From NCBI GenBank assembly GCA_022739635.1, contig JAIIUG010000001.1, positions 7,185 to 71,184 on the forward strand: DNA of 64,000 bases. Direction: 5' to 3'. This DNA is from Collinsella sp. Its GTDB lineage: Bacteria > Actinomycetota > Coriobacteriia > Coriobacteriales > Coriobacteriaceae. Both the position numbers and the translations under genes were made by a program. The notes beneath the pieces are model-generated. The model had not been told where the DNA came from. It saw only the letters and a program-made list of their open reading frames with translations, and made no database searches. Positions 55,875 to 63,789 of the stretch are shown in pieces (within the stretch, counting starts at the first letter, position 1; the number at the start of each line of letters is the position of its first letter).

Positions 55875-55931
55875 ACCAAATCCCTTCTAAAGGGAGTTGG
55901 CCCATCCGTGCTCCATAGCAGTAGTCTAACG

Positions 55932-55971
55932 CAAAATGCGGGTAATAGGAACACTTGTTCGTATTACCCGC
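55932..55971 (-). terminator. Rho-independent terminator after the aldehyde dehydrogenase gene
   Basis: The minus strand reads GCGGGTAATA-cgaacaagtgttcc-TATTACCCGC followed by ATTTT. Confidence 0.7.
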
Positions 55972-55979
55972 GATCTTTT

Positions 55980-57359
55980 CTAATGCACAAACATACGCAC
56001 GAACTTGTGCTTCCAGCTTGCGTAGGGCGCATACCGAAACGGCACGTCCAGCCATGTTGCCTTGCTCACGATGCTCTTCTTGTGGCTAAACGTATCGAAG
56101 CTCTCGCGGCCATGGTACTGCCCCATACCGCTCGCGCCCATGCCGCCAAAGCCCATATGGCTCGTAGCCAGATGCATGATCGTGTCGTTGACGCAGCCGC
56201 CGCCAAAGGGCACGTAACGCACAAAGCGTTGCTGAGCCGCACGGTCCTGGCTAAAGATATACAGGGCCAGCGGCGTCGGACGATCTGCAATAAACGCCTC
56301 GGCCTCATCCAGGCTCTCAAACGTCAGCACCGGCAAGATGGGACCGAAAATCTCTTCCTGCATCACGGCGTCCTCAGGCGCCACGCCGTCTAGGATCGTC
56401 GGCTCAATCTTGAGCGACGACTCGCGCGCCGTGCCTCCCAGCACAACCTTGTCGGGGTCGATCAGCCCGCGTACGCGCGCGAAATGCTTGGCGTTGACAA
56501 TATGACCGTAGTCCTCGTTGTCGAGCGGGTGCTCGCCAAACATGCGACGGGCCTCCTCCTTGATGAGTCCCAGCAGCTCGTCGTGCACGCGCGTATCGAC
56601 CAGCAGGTAGTCGGGCGCCACGCAGGTCTGCCCTACGTTGAGCCATTTACCAAAGGCGATACGCCGTGCCGCGACCTTCAAGTTTGCCGTCGCATCCACG
56701 ATGCAGGGGCTCTTGCCGCCCAGCTCAAGCGTCACGGGCGTGAGGTTTTTGCTCGCGCGCTCCATGACGAGCTTGCCGACCGGAACGCTACCGGTAAAGA
56801 AGATCTTGTCCCAGCTCTCGTCGAGCAGCGCCTCGTTCTCGGCACGCCCGCCTTCGACGACCGTCACCAGGCGCGGATCAAATGCTTCCTCGCAAATCTG
56901 CCTGAGCACCGCGCTCGATGCCGGAGCATAGGCACTCGGCTTGATGACCACGGTATTGCCCGCGGCAAGGGCGCCGGCAAGCGGCTCGAGCGTTAGCAAA
57001 AACGGGTAGTTCCAGGGCGCCATAATGAGCGTGACACCATAGGGCACGGCTTGCGTTTTGCACACACTCACGGCGTTGGCGAGGTCACACGGACGCAGGC
57101 GCGGACGGCTCCATCGAGCCACATGCGCAATCTGATGACGAATCTCGGAAAGCGAGGTGCCGATCTCACACATATAGGCCTCGTCATGCGACTTTCCCAA
57201 ATCGGTCTTGAGCGCATGGGCAATATCGGTCTCGTGTGCCCGCACCGCCTCGCGCAGGCGCACGAGGGCGCGACGTCGAGCATCGACATCAAACGTGGCG
57301 TGCGTCTTAAAGTAGGCGCGCTGGCCGCCGACAATGCGCGCGATTTCCTCGGTGTTCAT
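55980..57359 (-). CDS. NAD(P)-dependent aldehyde dehydrogenase (ALDH3-like)
   Basis: Motifs LELGGKSPCIV, the catalytic Cys in GQTCVAPDY, and EEIFGPILPV. Confidence 0.9.
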   Translation of the reverse strand: MNTEEIARIVGGQRAYFKTHATFDVDARRRALVRLREAVRAHETDIAHALKTDLGKSHDEAYMCEIGTSLSEIRHQIAHVARWSRPRLRPCDLANAVSVCKTQAVPYGVTLIMAPWNYPFLLTLEPLAGALAAGNTVVIKPSAYAPASSAVLRQICEEAFDPRLVTVVEGGRAENEALLDESWDKIFFTGSVPVGKLVMERASKNLTPVTLELGGKSPCIVDATANLKVAARRIAFGKWLNVGQTCVAPDYLLVDTRVHDELLGLIKEEARRMFGEHPLDNEDYGHIVNAKHFARVRGLIDPDKVVLGGTARESSLKIEPTILDGVAPEDAVMQEEIFGPILPVLTFESLDEAEAFIADRPTPLALYIFSQDRAAQQRFVRYVPFGGGCVNDTIMHLATSHMGFGGMGASGMGQYHGRESFDTFSHKKSIVSKATWLDVPFRYAPYASWKHKFVRMFVH

Positions 57360-57367
57360 GGGCCCTC

Positions 57368-58588
57368 CTAGTTCTCGCCCTCAAACATACCACCCGCGAC
57401 GACCTCGTACATACGCTCGAGCTCCAAACGGTCCATCAAAAGTGGAACGGGGTATAGCGGATTGGCCTCGGCATCGGCATGGGCCGCCATTTGCGGAATA
57501 TCGGAGCGGCGAATGCCCGTCACATATTTGGGAATGCCCAAGGCGGCATTCATGCGGTCGACCCAATCGATAAAGGCCTCGGCCGCAAGACTGTCCTGCG
57601 CGTTAGCCGGCGCGATACCGGCCATGCGAGCAAGATCGGCAAGCTTGGGGGCGGCGGCGTCACCATAAGCGCGAAGCATGTGCGGCAGGATGATCGCGTT
57701 GGCCAAACCGTGCGGAATTCCGTATCGGCCGCCCAGACTGTGCGCGATGGCATGCACATATCCGACATAGGAGCGAGTAAATGCAATACCCGCCTTATAC
57801 GCCGCCGAAAGCATATTGCGACGCGCACGCATGTCGTCGCCATGCTCATAGGCCTCGAGCAAATTGTCGTGGATAAGCTGCACCGCCTGACGCGCCATCT
57901 TGCGCGTGTAGGGTGTGGTGCTACGGCCGATAAAGGCCTCGACGGCATGCGTCAGGGCATCCATGCCCGTCTGCCCCGTAATGGAAGCGGGCAGGCCACG
58001 TGTAAACTCGGGGTCGTGTACCGCAAAGCGCGGGATCAGCACAAAGTCGTTAATGGGGTACTTGTAGTGCGTCTCGTCATCGGTGATTACTGCCGCAAGC
58101 GTGACCTCGCTTCCCGTACCTGCCGTGGTGGGAACGGCGATGAGCAGCGGCAGGAGACGGTGGACGCGCAACAGGCCACGCATCTTGTTGATGGGCTTAT
58201 TTGGCTGTGCGATGCGTGCGCCCACACCCTTGGCGCAGTCCATGGCCGAACCGCCGCCAAAGCCGATAATGGCCTGGCAGGCGCTCTCGCGATACAGGGA
58301 CGCCGCTTCCTCCACATTCGAGACCGTGGGGTTCGCACGCGTTTCGGCATAGACCGTAACGCCAATTCCCCTGGATGCAAGCGCCGTCTCGAGCGGTGCC
58401 GTGAGCCCCAGACGGGCAATGCCGGGATCCGTCACGATAAGAACCCGCTGTATCGAGCGCTTTTGAAGCACCGCGGGCACGTCCTCGGCATGCTCCAAAA
58501 TGCGCGGCTCGGTATAGGGCAGGATCGGCAATGCGATGCGAAAAACCGTCTGATATGTTCGGCACCAGGCACGACGGGCTAGATGCAT
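57368..58588 (-). CDS. Iron-containing alcohol dehydrogenase
   Basis: ORF track gives 57368..58657. I moved the start to M24 (MHLARRAW), after SD GAAGGAG. Motifs GGGSAMDCAKG and HAIAHSLGG. Confidence 0.9.
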   Translation of the reverse strand: MHLARRAWCRTYQTVFRIALPILPYTEPRILEHAEDVPAVLQKRSIQRVLIVTDPGIARLGLTAPLETALASRGIGVTVYAETRANPTVSNVEEAASLYRESACQAIIGFGGGSAMDCAKGVGARIAQPNKPINKMRGLLRVHRLLPLLIAVPTTAGTGSEVTLAAVITDDETHYKYPINDFVLIPRFAVHDPEFTRGLPASITGQTGMDALTHAVEAFIGRSTTPYTRKMARQAVQLIHDNLLEAYEHGDDMRARRNMLSAAYKAGIAFTRSYVGYVHAIAHSLGGRYGIPHGLANAIILPHMLRAYGDAAAPKLADLARMAGIAPANAQDSLAAEAFIDWVDRMNAALGIPKYVTGIRRSDIPQMAAHADAEANPLYPVPLLMDRLELERMYEVVAGGMFEGEN

Positions 58589-58605
58589 AAAGGAAACTCC
58601 TTCAT

Positions 58606-58623
58606 TTGTTGATATGTCAACAT
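58606..58623 (-). promoter_or_regulatory. Rex-like palindromic operator candidate upstream of the adh-aldh operon
   Basis: TTGTTGATATGTCAACAT has half-sites TTGTTGA and ATGTTGA inverted around a 4-nt spacer. It lies 18-35 nt upstream of the proposed adh start and resembles the TTGTGAA-N4-TTCACAA / TTGTTAA-N4-TTAACAA consensus. Confidence 0.35.
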
Positions 58624-58845
58624 TTGCTCGACCGATTGTACTCATCGGCGTCCGCATATGGCTTGCAAATCGTTAATCAATCAACATCTTCACATGCTGA
58701 AAATTGTTTTATTAAAAATCATTCCTAATAGGCTTCACATTCGGTCTCATTTATGGATAATAGAACTCGTCAAGACGCACGCCCGGAGAGGGCCCTTACG
58801 GGACCGGACGAGCGCACCATCGCCATCGATCGAAAGGATCGAATC

Positions 58846-59406
58846 ATGAAGTTTGTTTGCCCCGTTTGCGGTTATGTGGAAGAGTTCGACGGCGACCAGC
58901 TGCCCGAGGATTTCAAGTGCCCCCAGTGCGGCGTTCCCGGCTCTCGCTTCCTGAAGCAGGAGGAGGGCCAGCTCGAGTGGGCTGCCGAGCACGTCGTGGG
59001 CGTCGCCAAGATGGAGGGCGTCTCCGAGGACATCGTTGCCGACCTGCGCGCCAACTTTGAGGGCGAGTGCTCCGAGGTCGGTATGTACCTGGCCATGGCT
59101 CGCGTTGCTCATCGCGAGGGTTATCCCGAGATCGGCCTGTACTGGGAGAAGGCCGCCCACGAGGAGGCCGAGCACGCCGCCAAGTTCGCCGAGCTCCTGG
59201 GCGAGGTCGTGACCGACTCCACCAAGAAGAACCTCGAGATGCGCGTTGAGGCCGAGAACGGCGCCACCGCCGGCAAGACCGATCTTGCCAAGCGCGCCAA
59301 GGCCGCTGGCCTCGATGCCATCCACGACACCGTGCACGAGATGGCTCGCGACGAGGCTCGCCACGGCAAGGCTTTCGCCGGTCTGCTCAAGCGCTACTTT
59401 GGCTAA
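58846..59406 (+). CDS. Reverse rubrerythrin (N-terminal rubredoxin, C-terminal diiron ferritin-like domain)
   Basis: I moved the start to M32 of track ORF 58753..59406 ([15 protein letters not shown]). Diiron ligand motifs EGECSE, EEAEHA and DEARHG. Confidence 0.9.
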   Translation: MKFVCPVCGYVEEFDGDQLPEDFKCPQCGVPGSRFLKQEEGQLEWAAEHVVGVAKMEGVSEDIVADLRANFEGECSEVGMYLAMARVAHREGYPEIGLYWEKAAHEEAEHAAKFAELLGEVVTDSTKKNLEMRVEAENGATAGKTDLAKRAKAAGLDAIHDTVHEMARDEARHGKAFAGLLKRYFG

Positions 59407-59440
59407 GCCAACCGCCTGAGACATAACCTCTAGCTTCATA

Positions 59441-59470
59441 AGGCCCGAACCGCATGGTTCGGGCCTTTTT
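59441..59470 (+). terminator. Rho-independent terminator after rubrerythrin
   Basis: AGGCCCGAACC-gcat-GGTTCGGGCCT followed by TTTT. Confidence 0.85.
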
Positions 59471-59477
59471 CGTGGGC

Positions 59478-60926
59478 TTATTGCAGCTGTTCTTGAAGAA
59501 CGATGAGCGAGTGAGGGCTCAGGTCGTCGTATTGAATGAGAACGCGAGACGGCGCATTCTTAGTCAACGCCCGATCGGACGCCCATAGGCAATCGTCGAT
59601 ATCGATATAGGAAATACGGGCGTCAGCGAGAGCCTTCGCAAAGCTCTCCCCCGCATTATCCTTGGTCAGGACGACGGTGCAGTAAAGACCCGCGTCTGCG
59701 TACTCGATCGAGACCTCCCCCGCCGGAAATGCCTTCCGTACAAGCGCCGCCAGGCCATCGCGCGCCTCGCGAGCGCGCACGCGCACGCGATTCACATGTC
59801 GCTCGTAATCGCCTGATTCCAGTAAACGAGCCAAAGCGACCTGGTCAACAGAACTCACCGACGAGGCGTAAAAACCAAGGTTGCGCCTAAACCGTTCCAT
59901 CAGCTCATCAGGCAGGACCATATACGCCAAACGCAGGGCCGACGACAGACTTTTTGAAAAGGTGTTGGTGTAGATGACCGATTGGGCGGCATCGATCGAC
60001 GCGAGCGCGGGAATCGGCTTGCCGGCAAGGCGAAACTCACAATCAAAGTCATCTTCGATGAGATACCGGTCCGGCTGCTCGGCGGCCCAGCTCAGCAGGG
60101 CATAGCGACGCGCAATGCTCGTCACAAGGCCGGTCGGATATTGGTGAGACGGCATCAGGTGAAGGACATCCGCCCCGGTTTTCTGCAGAGCACTCAAATC
60201 CACGCCTTCACCGTCCAACGGGATATGACGCACTTCGCAACCCATAGCCTGATAGATGCGCGTCAGGCGCAGATAGCCCGGATCCTCAACGGCATACACC
60301 TTGTCGGCTCCAAGCAACTGAACCAACATGGTATCGAGCAACTGGGCGCCCGCACCGATAACGATGTTGTCGGGGTCGACATTCATGCCCCTTGTCCCAC
60401 GCAAATGGTGAGCGATAGCGCGTCGTAGCCGAGCGGTGCCCTGTGCCGGCGCGGTCGAAAAGATTTCACGTTCATCTTCGGATGTCAGCGTCGCCCGTAG
60501 CGCGCTTTGCCAAAGCCGCGCCGCCTCCAAGGCGGAAGGAGAAAGTGCGTCGAATCGCTCGACCTGTCCGTTGACATCATGCGCGCTGGGGCCCACGGAG
60601 GCGTCATCTCGGTCGATGCCCTCCGCAGCCGAAGCCAAAACCGGTGCATCGGGAAGCTCGCACGCGTAGTAACCACGGCGCGGCCTTGAGCAAATATAGC
60701 CCTCGGCAAGCAACTGGCTATATGCATTTTCGATTGTAATGACACTAATTCCCAGATGACTGGCAAAGGCTCGCTTAGACGGCAGATGTTCCCCCGCCGC
60801 AATGCGTCCAGCTACGATATCATCTCGAATTTGCTGGTAAACATACTCATAGAGCGATGCTTCGCCGCGTTTTTCCAAATTGTAGTCAAGCACGAGCCTA
60901 TCACCTGACCTTATCGAATCATTCAA
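59478..60926 (-). CDS. pdxR: MocR-family GntR/aminotransferase-fold regulator (PdxR-like)
   Basis: TTG start. wHTH LPSKRAFASHLGISVITIENAY. C-terminal AAT-like domain with TNTFSKSLSSALRLAY. The gene is divergent from pdxST. Confidence 0.85.
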   Translation of the reverse strand: MNDSIRSGDRLVLDYNLEKRGEASLYEYVYQQIRDDIVAGRIAAGEHLPSKRAFASHLGISVITIENAYSQLLAEGYICSRPRRGYYACELPDAPVLASAAEGIDRDDASVGPSAHDVNGQVERFDALSPSALEAARLWQSALRATLTSEDEREIFSTAPAQGTARLRRAIAHHLRGTRGMNVDPDNIVIGAGAQLLDTMLVQLLGADKVYAVEDPGYLRLTRIYQAMGCEVRHIPLDGEGVDLSALQKTGADVLHLMPSHQYPTGLVTSIARRYALLSWAAEQPDRYLIEDDFDCEFRLAGKPIPALASIDAAQSVIYTNTFSKSLSSALRLAYMVLPDELMERFRRNLGFYASSVSSVDQVALARLLESGDYERHVNRVRVRAREARDGLAALVRKAFPAGEVSIEYADAGLYCTVVLTKDNAGESFAKALADARISYIDIDDCLWASDRALTKNAPSRVLIQYDDLSPHSLIVLQEQLQ

Positions 60927-60943
60927 TCTGGTATTAGTCTGGT
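60927..60943. promoter_or_regulatory. Direct repeat TCTGGT-N5-TCTGGT in the pdxR/pdxS intergenic region (candidate PdxR site)
   Basis: TCTGGTattagTCTGGT, with an 11-bp centre-to-centre spacing, lies immediately upstream of the pdxR start codon. MocR regulators typically bind helically phased direct repeats. Confidence 0.3.
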
Positions 60944-61038
60944 CTTGTTATTATCTCGAAAACTGAGTATTTCGCCATACCCAGCTCCCCGATAGGATGT
61001 TCCGTCAAGCAATGCACATGCCAACCAAGGGAGCAACC

Positions 61039-61929
61039 ATGGCAGAACAGACCAGCAAGGCCGATCGCGTCAAACTCAATCGCGAGCTCGCGCAGATGCT
61101 CAAGGGCGGCGTCATCATGGACGTCACCACGCCCGAGCAGGCAAGTATCGCCGAGGAGGCAGGCGCCTGCGCCGTCATGGCTCTCGAGCGCATCCCGGCC
61201 GACATCCGCGCCGCAGGTGGTGTGTCGCGCATGAGCGACCCCAAGATGATCAAGGGCATCCAAGAGGCCGTCTCCATCCCCGTTATGGCCAAGTGCCGCA
61301 TCGGTCACATTGTCGAGGCGCAGGTCCTGCAGGCCATCGAGATCGATTACATCGATGAGTCCGAGGTCCTCTCCCCTGCCGACGATGTCTACCACATCGA
61401 CAAGACCCAGTTTGACGTGCCGTTTGTCTGCGGCGCCCGCGACCTGGGCGAGGCGTTACGCCGTGTTGCCGAGGGCGCCACGATGATTCGCACCAAGGGC
61501 GAGCCGGGCACGGGCGACGTCGTTCAAGCCGTGCGCCATATGCGCAAAATCCAAAAGCAGATCCGCGACGTTGTTGCATTACGCGATGATGAGCTCTTTG
61601 AGGCAGCCAAGCAACTGCAGGTTCCGGTCGAGCTGGTCCGCGAGGTCCATGCCACAGGCAAGCTTCCCGTCGTGAACTTTGCTGCTGGCGGCGTAGCGAC
61701 CCCCGCCGATGCCGCGCTGATGATGCAGCTGGGCGCCGAGGGCGTCTTTGTGGGCTCGGGCATCTTTAAGAGCGGCGACCCCGCCAAGCGCGCTGCCGCC
61801 ATCGTTAAGGCCGTGGCCAACTTCACCGACGCCAAACTCATCGCTGAGCTTTCGGAGGACCTGGGCGAGGCTATGGTGGGCATCAACGCTGACGAGATCG
61901 AGATCATCATGGAGGAGCGCGGACGCTAG
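61039..61929 (+). CDS. pdxS: Pyridoxal 5'-phosphate synthase lyase subunit PdxS
   Basis: I moved the start to M15 ([29 protein letters not shown]), with SD AAGGGAG. Motifs IDESEVL and TKGEPGTG. Confidence 0.95.
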   Translation: MAEQTSKADRVKLNRELAQMLKGGVIMDVTTPEQASIAEEAGACAVMALERIPADIRAAGGVSRMSDPKMIKGIQEAVSIPVMAKCRIGHIVEAQVLQAIEIDYIDESEVLSPADDVYHIDKTQFDVPFVCGARDLGEALRRVAEGATMIRTKGEPGTGDVVQAVRHMRKIQKQIRDVVALRDDELFEAAKQLQVPVELVREVHATGKLPVVNFAAGGVATPADAALMMQLGAEGVFVGSGIFKSGDPAKRAAAIVKAVANFTDAKLIAELSEDLGEAMVGINADEIEIIMEERGR

Positions 61930-61949
61930 TCCGGCAGAAAGGATCGCAC

Positions 61950-62537
61950 ATGAGCGATTACGCAGACCAGACGGTCGCCGTGCTGGCGGTCCAAGGTGCT
62001 TTTGCCGAGCACGAGGCGAGGCTGTCCGAGCTGGGCGCACGTTGTATTGAGCTAAGGCAGGTGGCTGATTTGAAGCAGGACTTTGACCGTCTAGTACTTC
62101 CCGGCGGCGAGTCTACCGTTCAAGGGAAGCTGCTTGATGAGTTGGGCATGCTCGAGGAGCTTCGTGCCCGCATCGCTGAAGGCATGCCCGTCCTGGGCAC
62201 CTGCGCCGGCCTGATTCTGCTGGCTCATGACCTTGCCGCCCATGACGATAAGGGCACGCCGCGTTTGGCAACCATGGATGTGCTCGTTGAGCGCAATGCC
62301 TATGGCAGACAGCTCGGCAGCTTTCGCACCAAGGGACAGGTAGACGGCATCGACGGTGAAGTGCCGCTGACGTTTATCCGCGCGCCCCGCATCGTCGAGG
62401 TCCACGGCGACGCCAAGGCCTTGGCAGAGGTCGATGGCCGCATCGTCGCCGCCCGCGAGGGCAACCAGCTCGGCGTAACCTTCCACCCCGAACTCGATGA
62501 AGACACCCGCCTCCACGAACTGTTCCTACAAATGTAG
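61950..62537 (+). CDS. pdxT: Pyridoxal 5'-phosphate synthase glutaminase subunit PdxT
   Basis: Motifs LVLPGGEST, GTCAGLILLA (catalytic Cys) and TFHPEL. Confidence 0.95.
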   Translation: MSDYADQTVAVLAVQGAFAEHEARLSELGARCIELRQVADLKQDFDRLVLPGGESTVQGKLLDELGMLEELRARIAEGMPVLGTCAGLILLAHDLAAHDDKGTPRLATMDVLVERNAYGRQLGSFRTKGQVDGIDGEVPLTFIRAPRIVEVHGDAKALAEVDGRIVAAREGNQLGVTFHPELDEDTRLHELFLQM

Positions 62538-62579
62538 GCGGAATAGAAACGAGCGAGGATTTTCGCACACACAACAAAT

Positions 62580-62643
62580 GAGAGTGGATAATCTCCCACT
62601 TTGAGCTTGAATGCAGGCTCAAACCGGGAGATTATCCACTCTC
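62580..62643. repeat. 64-nt perfect long hairpin downstream of pdxT
   Basis: GAGAGTGGATAATCTCCC (62580-62597) pairs with GGGAGATTATCCACTCTC (62626-62643). An inner 7-bp stem TTTGAGC/GCTCAAA closes a 10-nt loop. Confidence 0.85.
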
Positions 62644-62733
62644 GTGCTATGTAGTCGCTTAAGAACGTCCCCAATGACTACTTTTTGGCAGGCTTGGATT
62701 AAGGCAACGCCGATGTCTTGGTACCGACAGCGA

Positions 62734-62832
62734 AAACCCGCCAGAGCGAGCAAGGTGCCTTGAAACAAGGCGGCATTGACCTTCTGGTCATGCCGCCGAA
62801 GTTGAAAGGCAGATTGCCGCTCTGGCGGGTTT
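62734..62832. ncRNA. Candidate structured RNA or palindromic element (99 nt, rod-like)
   Basis: Closing stem AAACCCGCCAGAGCG (62734-48) pairs with CGCTCTGGCGGGTTT (62818-32). Inner pairs TGCCTT/AAGGCA, and a hairpin GGCGGCAT-t-GACC-ttct-GGTC-ATGCCGCC. It lies between convergent genes. Strand and function are unknown. Confidence 0.3.
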
Positions 62833-62845
62833 GCAGCGTCAACTA

Positions 62846-62873
62846 GTTACGCGGGTTGGTAAACCCGCGTAAC
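62846..62873. repeat. 28-nt perfect palindrome flanked by 7-bp direct repeats CAACTAG
   Basis: GTTACGCGGGTT-ggta-AACCCGCGTAAC. CAACTAG occurs at 62840-62846 and again at 62875-62881; the second copy contains the stop codon of the RGG-tail gene. There is no U-tract on either strand. Confidence 0.7.
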
Positions 62874-62877
62874 CCAA

Positions 62878-63789
62878 CTAGAAACGGTTGCCGCGGAAGC
62901 CGCCACCGTTGCGGCCGCCACGATCGCCACCGCGACCGCCGCGGTCGTTGCCACGGTTGCCGCCGAAGCCGCCACGGTTGCCGCCGCGGTCGCCATAGCC
63001 ACCACGGTTGCCACCAAAGCCGCCGCGACCGCCACGGTCGCCGCCACGGTCACCAAAGCCGCCACGGCCACCGCGATCGCCACCGCGACCGCCGCGGTCA
63101 CCACCACGGCCACCGCGATCGCCAAAGCCGCCGCGACCGCCACGGTCGCCGCCACGGCCACCGCGCTCGTCACGGCCGCCGCGAGGACCGCGGTCCTCGT
63201 CCAGGCCCATGGCGACGAGCGGAGCGATGACCTTATCGAGAGCAGCCATCAGCTCGGTGGCCTCCTCGTAAGAAAGCTCGGGCAGGAGCTTCTCCTTCTT
63301 GTTGGCAAGCTCGACCAGGCCCTCAGCGGCATCCTCGGCAGCAAAGACGACGATCTTGCGCATATCGCCCTCAGCGTCGTCGATGCGGCCGACCAGGTCG
63401 GCAGCCTCGGCCTCGGCCATCAGACCATCGAGCTCACGAAGGCGCATACCCAGCAGGTCGGACATTTCCTTCTGCTCCATCTTGGGCTTGAGGTCAAGAA
63501 GCTTGATGGCGCGCTCGATGTTCGCCATGCGCTCGGCCTTGGCCTCCTCCTCCTTGGAAATAGCAAAGCGACGGCTGCGCAGCAGGCGGGCGGCCTTCTG
63601 CATCTTGTCCATCAGCTCTTCGTCATCGTAATCAACGGCGGCCTCGACAACCTCGGCCTCCTCCTCGGCGGAAACCTCGTCAGCAGCCTCAACCTCGGCA
63701 GCTTCGGTCTCCACGGTCTCGACTGCCTCAACCTCGGCAGCCATGGTCTCGTTCTCGGTCTCGTTCATGATCTCTTCGTTCTCAGACAT
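62878..63789 (-). CDS. MarR-like winged-helix protein with an acidic N-terminal tail and a C-terminal RGG/RG repeat tail
   Basis: 303 aa. The N-terminal ~55 aa are E/A/V-rich. The middle LLRSRRFAI..IKLLDLKPKMEQKEMSDLLGMRLRELDGLMAEAEAADLVGRIDDAEGDMRKIVV resembles MarR wHTH. The last ~100 aa are (GGRGGDR/GGFGDR)n. Confidence 0.7.
   Translation of the reverse strand: MSENEEIMNETENETMAAEVEAVETVETEAAEVEAADEVSAEEEAEVVEAAVDYDDEELMDKMQKAARLLRSRRFAISKEEEAKAERMANIERAIKLLDLKPKMEQKEMSDLLGMRLRELDGLMAEAEAADLVGRIDDAEGDMRKIVVFAAEDAAEGLVELANKKEKLLPELSYEEATELMAALDKVIAPLVAMGLDEDRGPRGGRDERGGRGGDRGGRGGFGDRGGRGGDRGGRGGDRGGRGGFGDRGGDRGGRGGFGGNRGGYGDRGGNRGGFGGNRGNDRGGRGGDRGGRNGGGFRGNRF
62881..63190 (-). repeat. Coding cryptic tandem repeat (RGG tail)
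   Basis: Iterated GCCACCGCG / GCCGCCACGGTC / CCAAAGCCGCC units on the plus strand encode GGRGGDRGGRGGFGDR repeats. All three forward and reverse frames stay open here. Confidence 0.85.

Noticed and set aside
58747-59439. 230-aa minus-strand ORF
   Set aside because: It is antisense to rubrerythrin, whose frame has the rubredoxin Cys pairs and the diiron ExxH motifs.
62734-62832. Calling the rod-like element the SRP (4.5S) RNA
   Set aside because: It lacks the conserved GGAA-type tetraloop and the AGCA / GGAAG internal-loop motifs of SRP domain IV on either strand.
62847-63230. ORFs 62847..63173 (minus, poly-Ala/Val/Thr) and 62856..63230 (plus, R/H/G-rich) in the repeat region
   Set aside because: They are alternative frames of the RGG-encoding tandem repeat. 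Only the 62878..63789 frame continues into a non-repetitive, well-formed protein with a sensible start.
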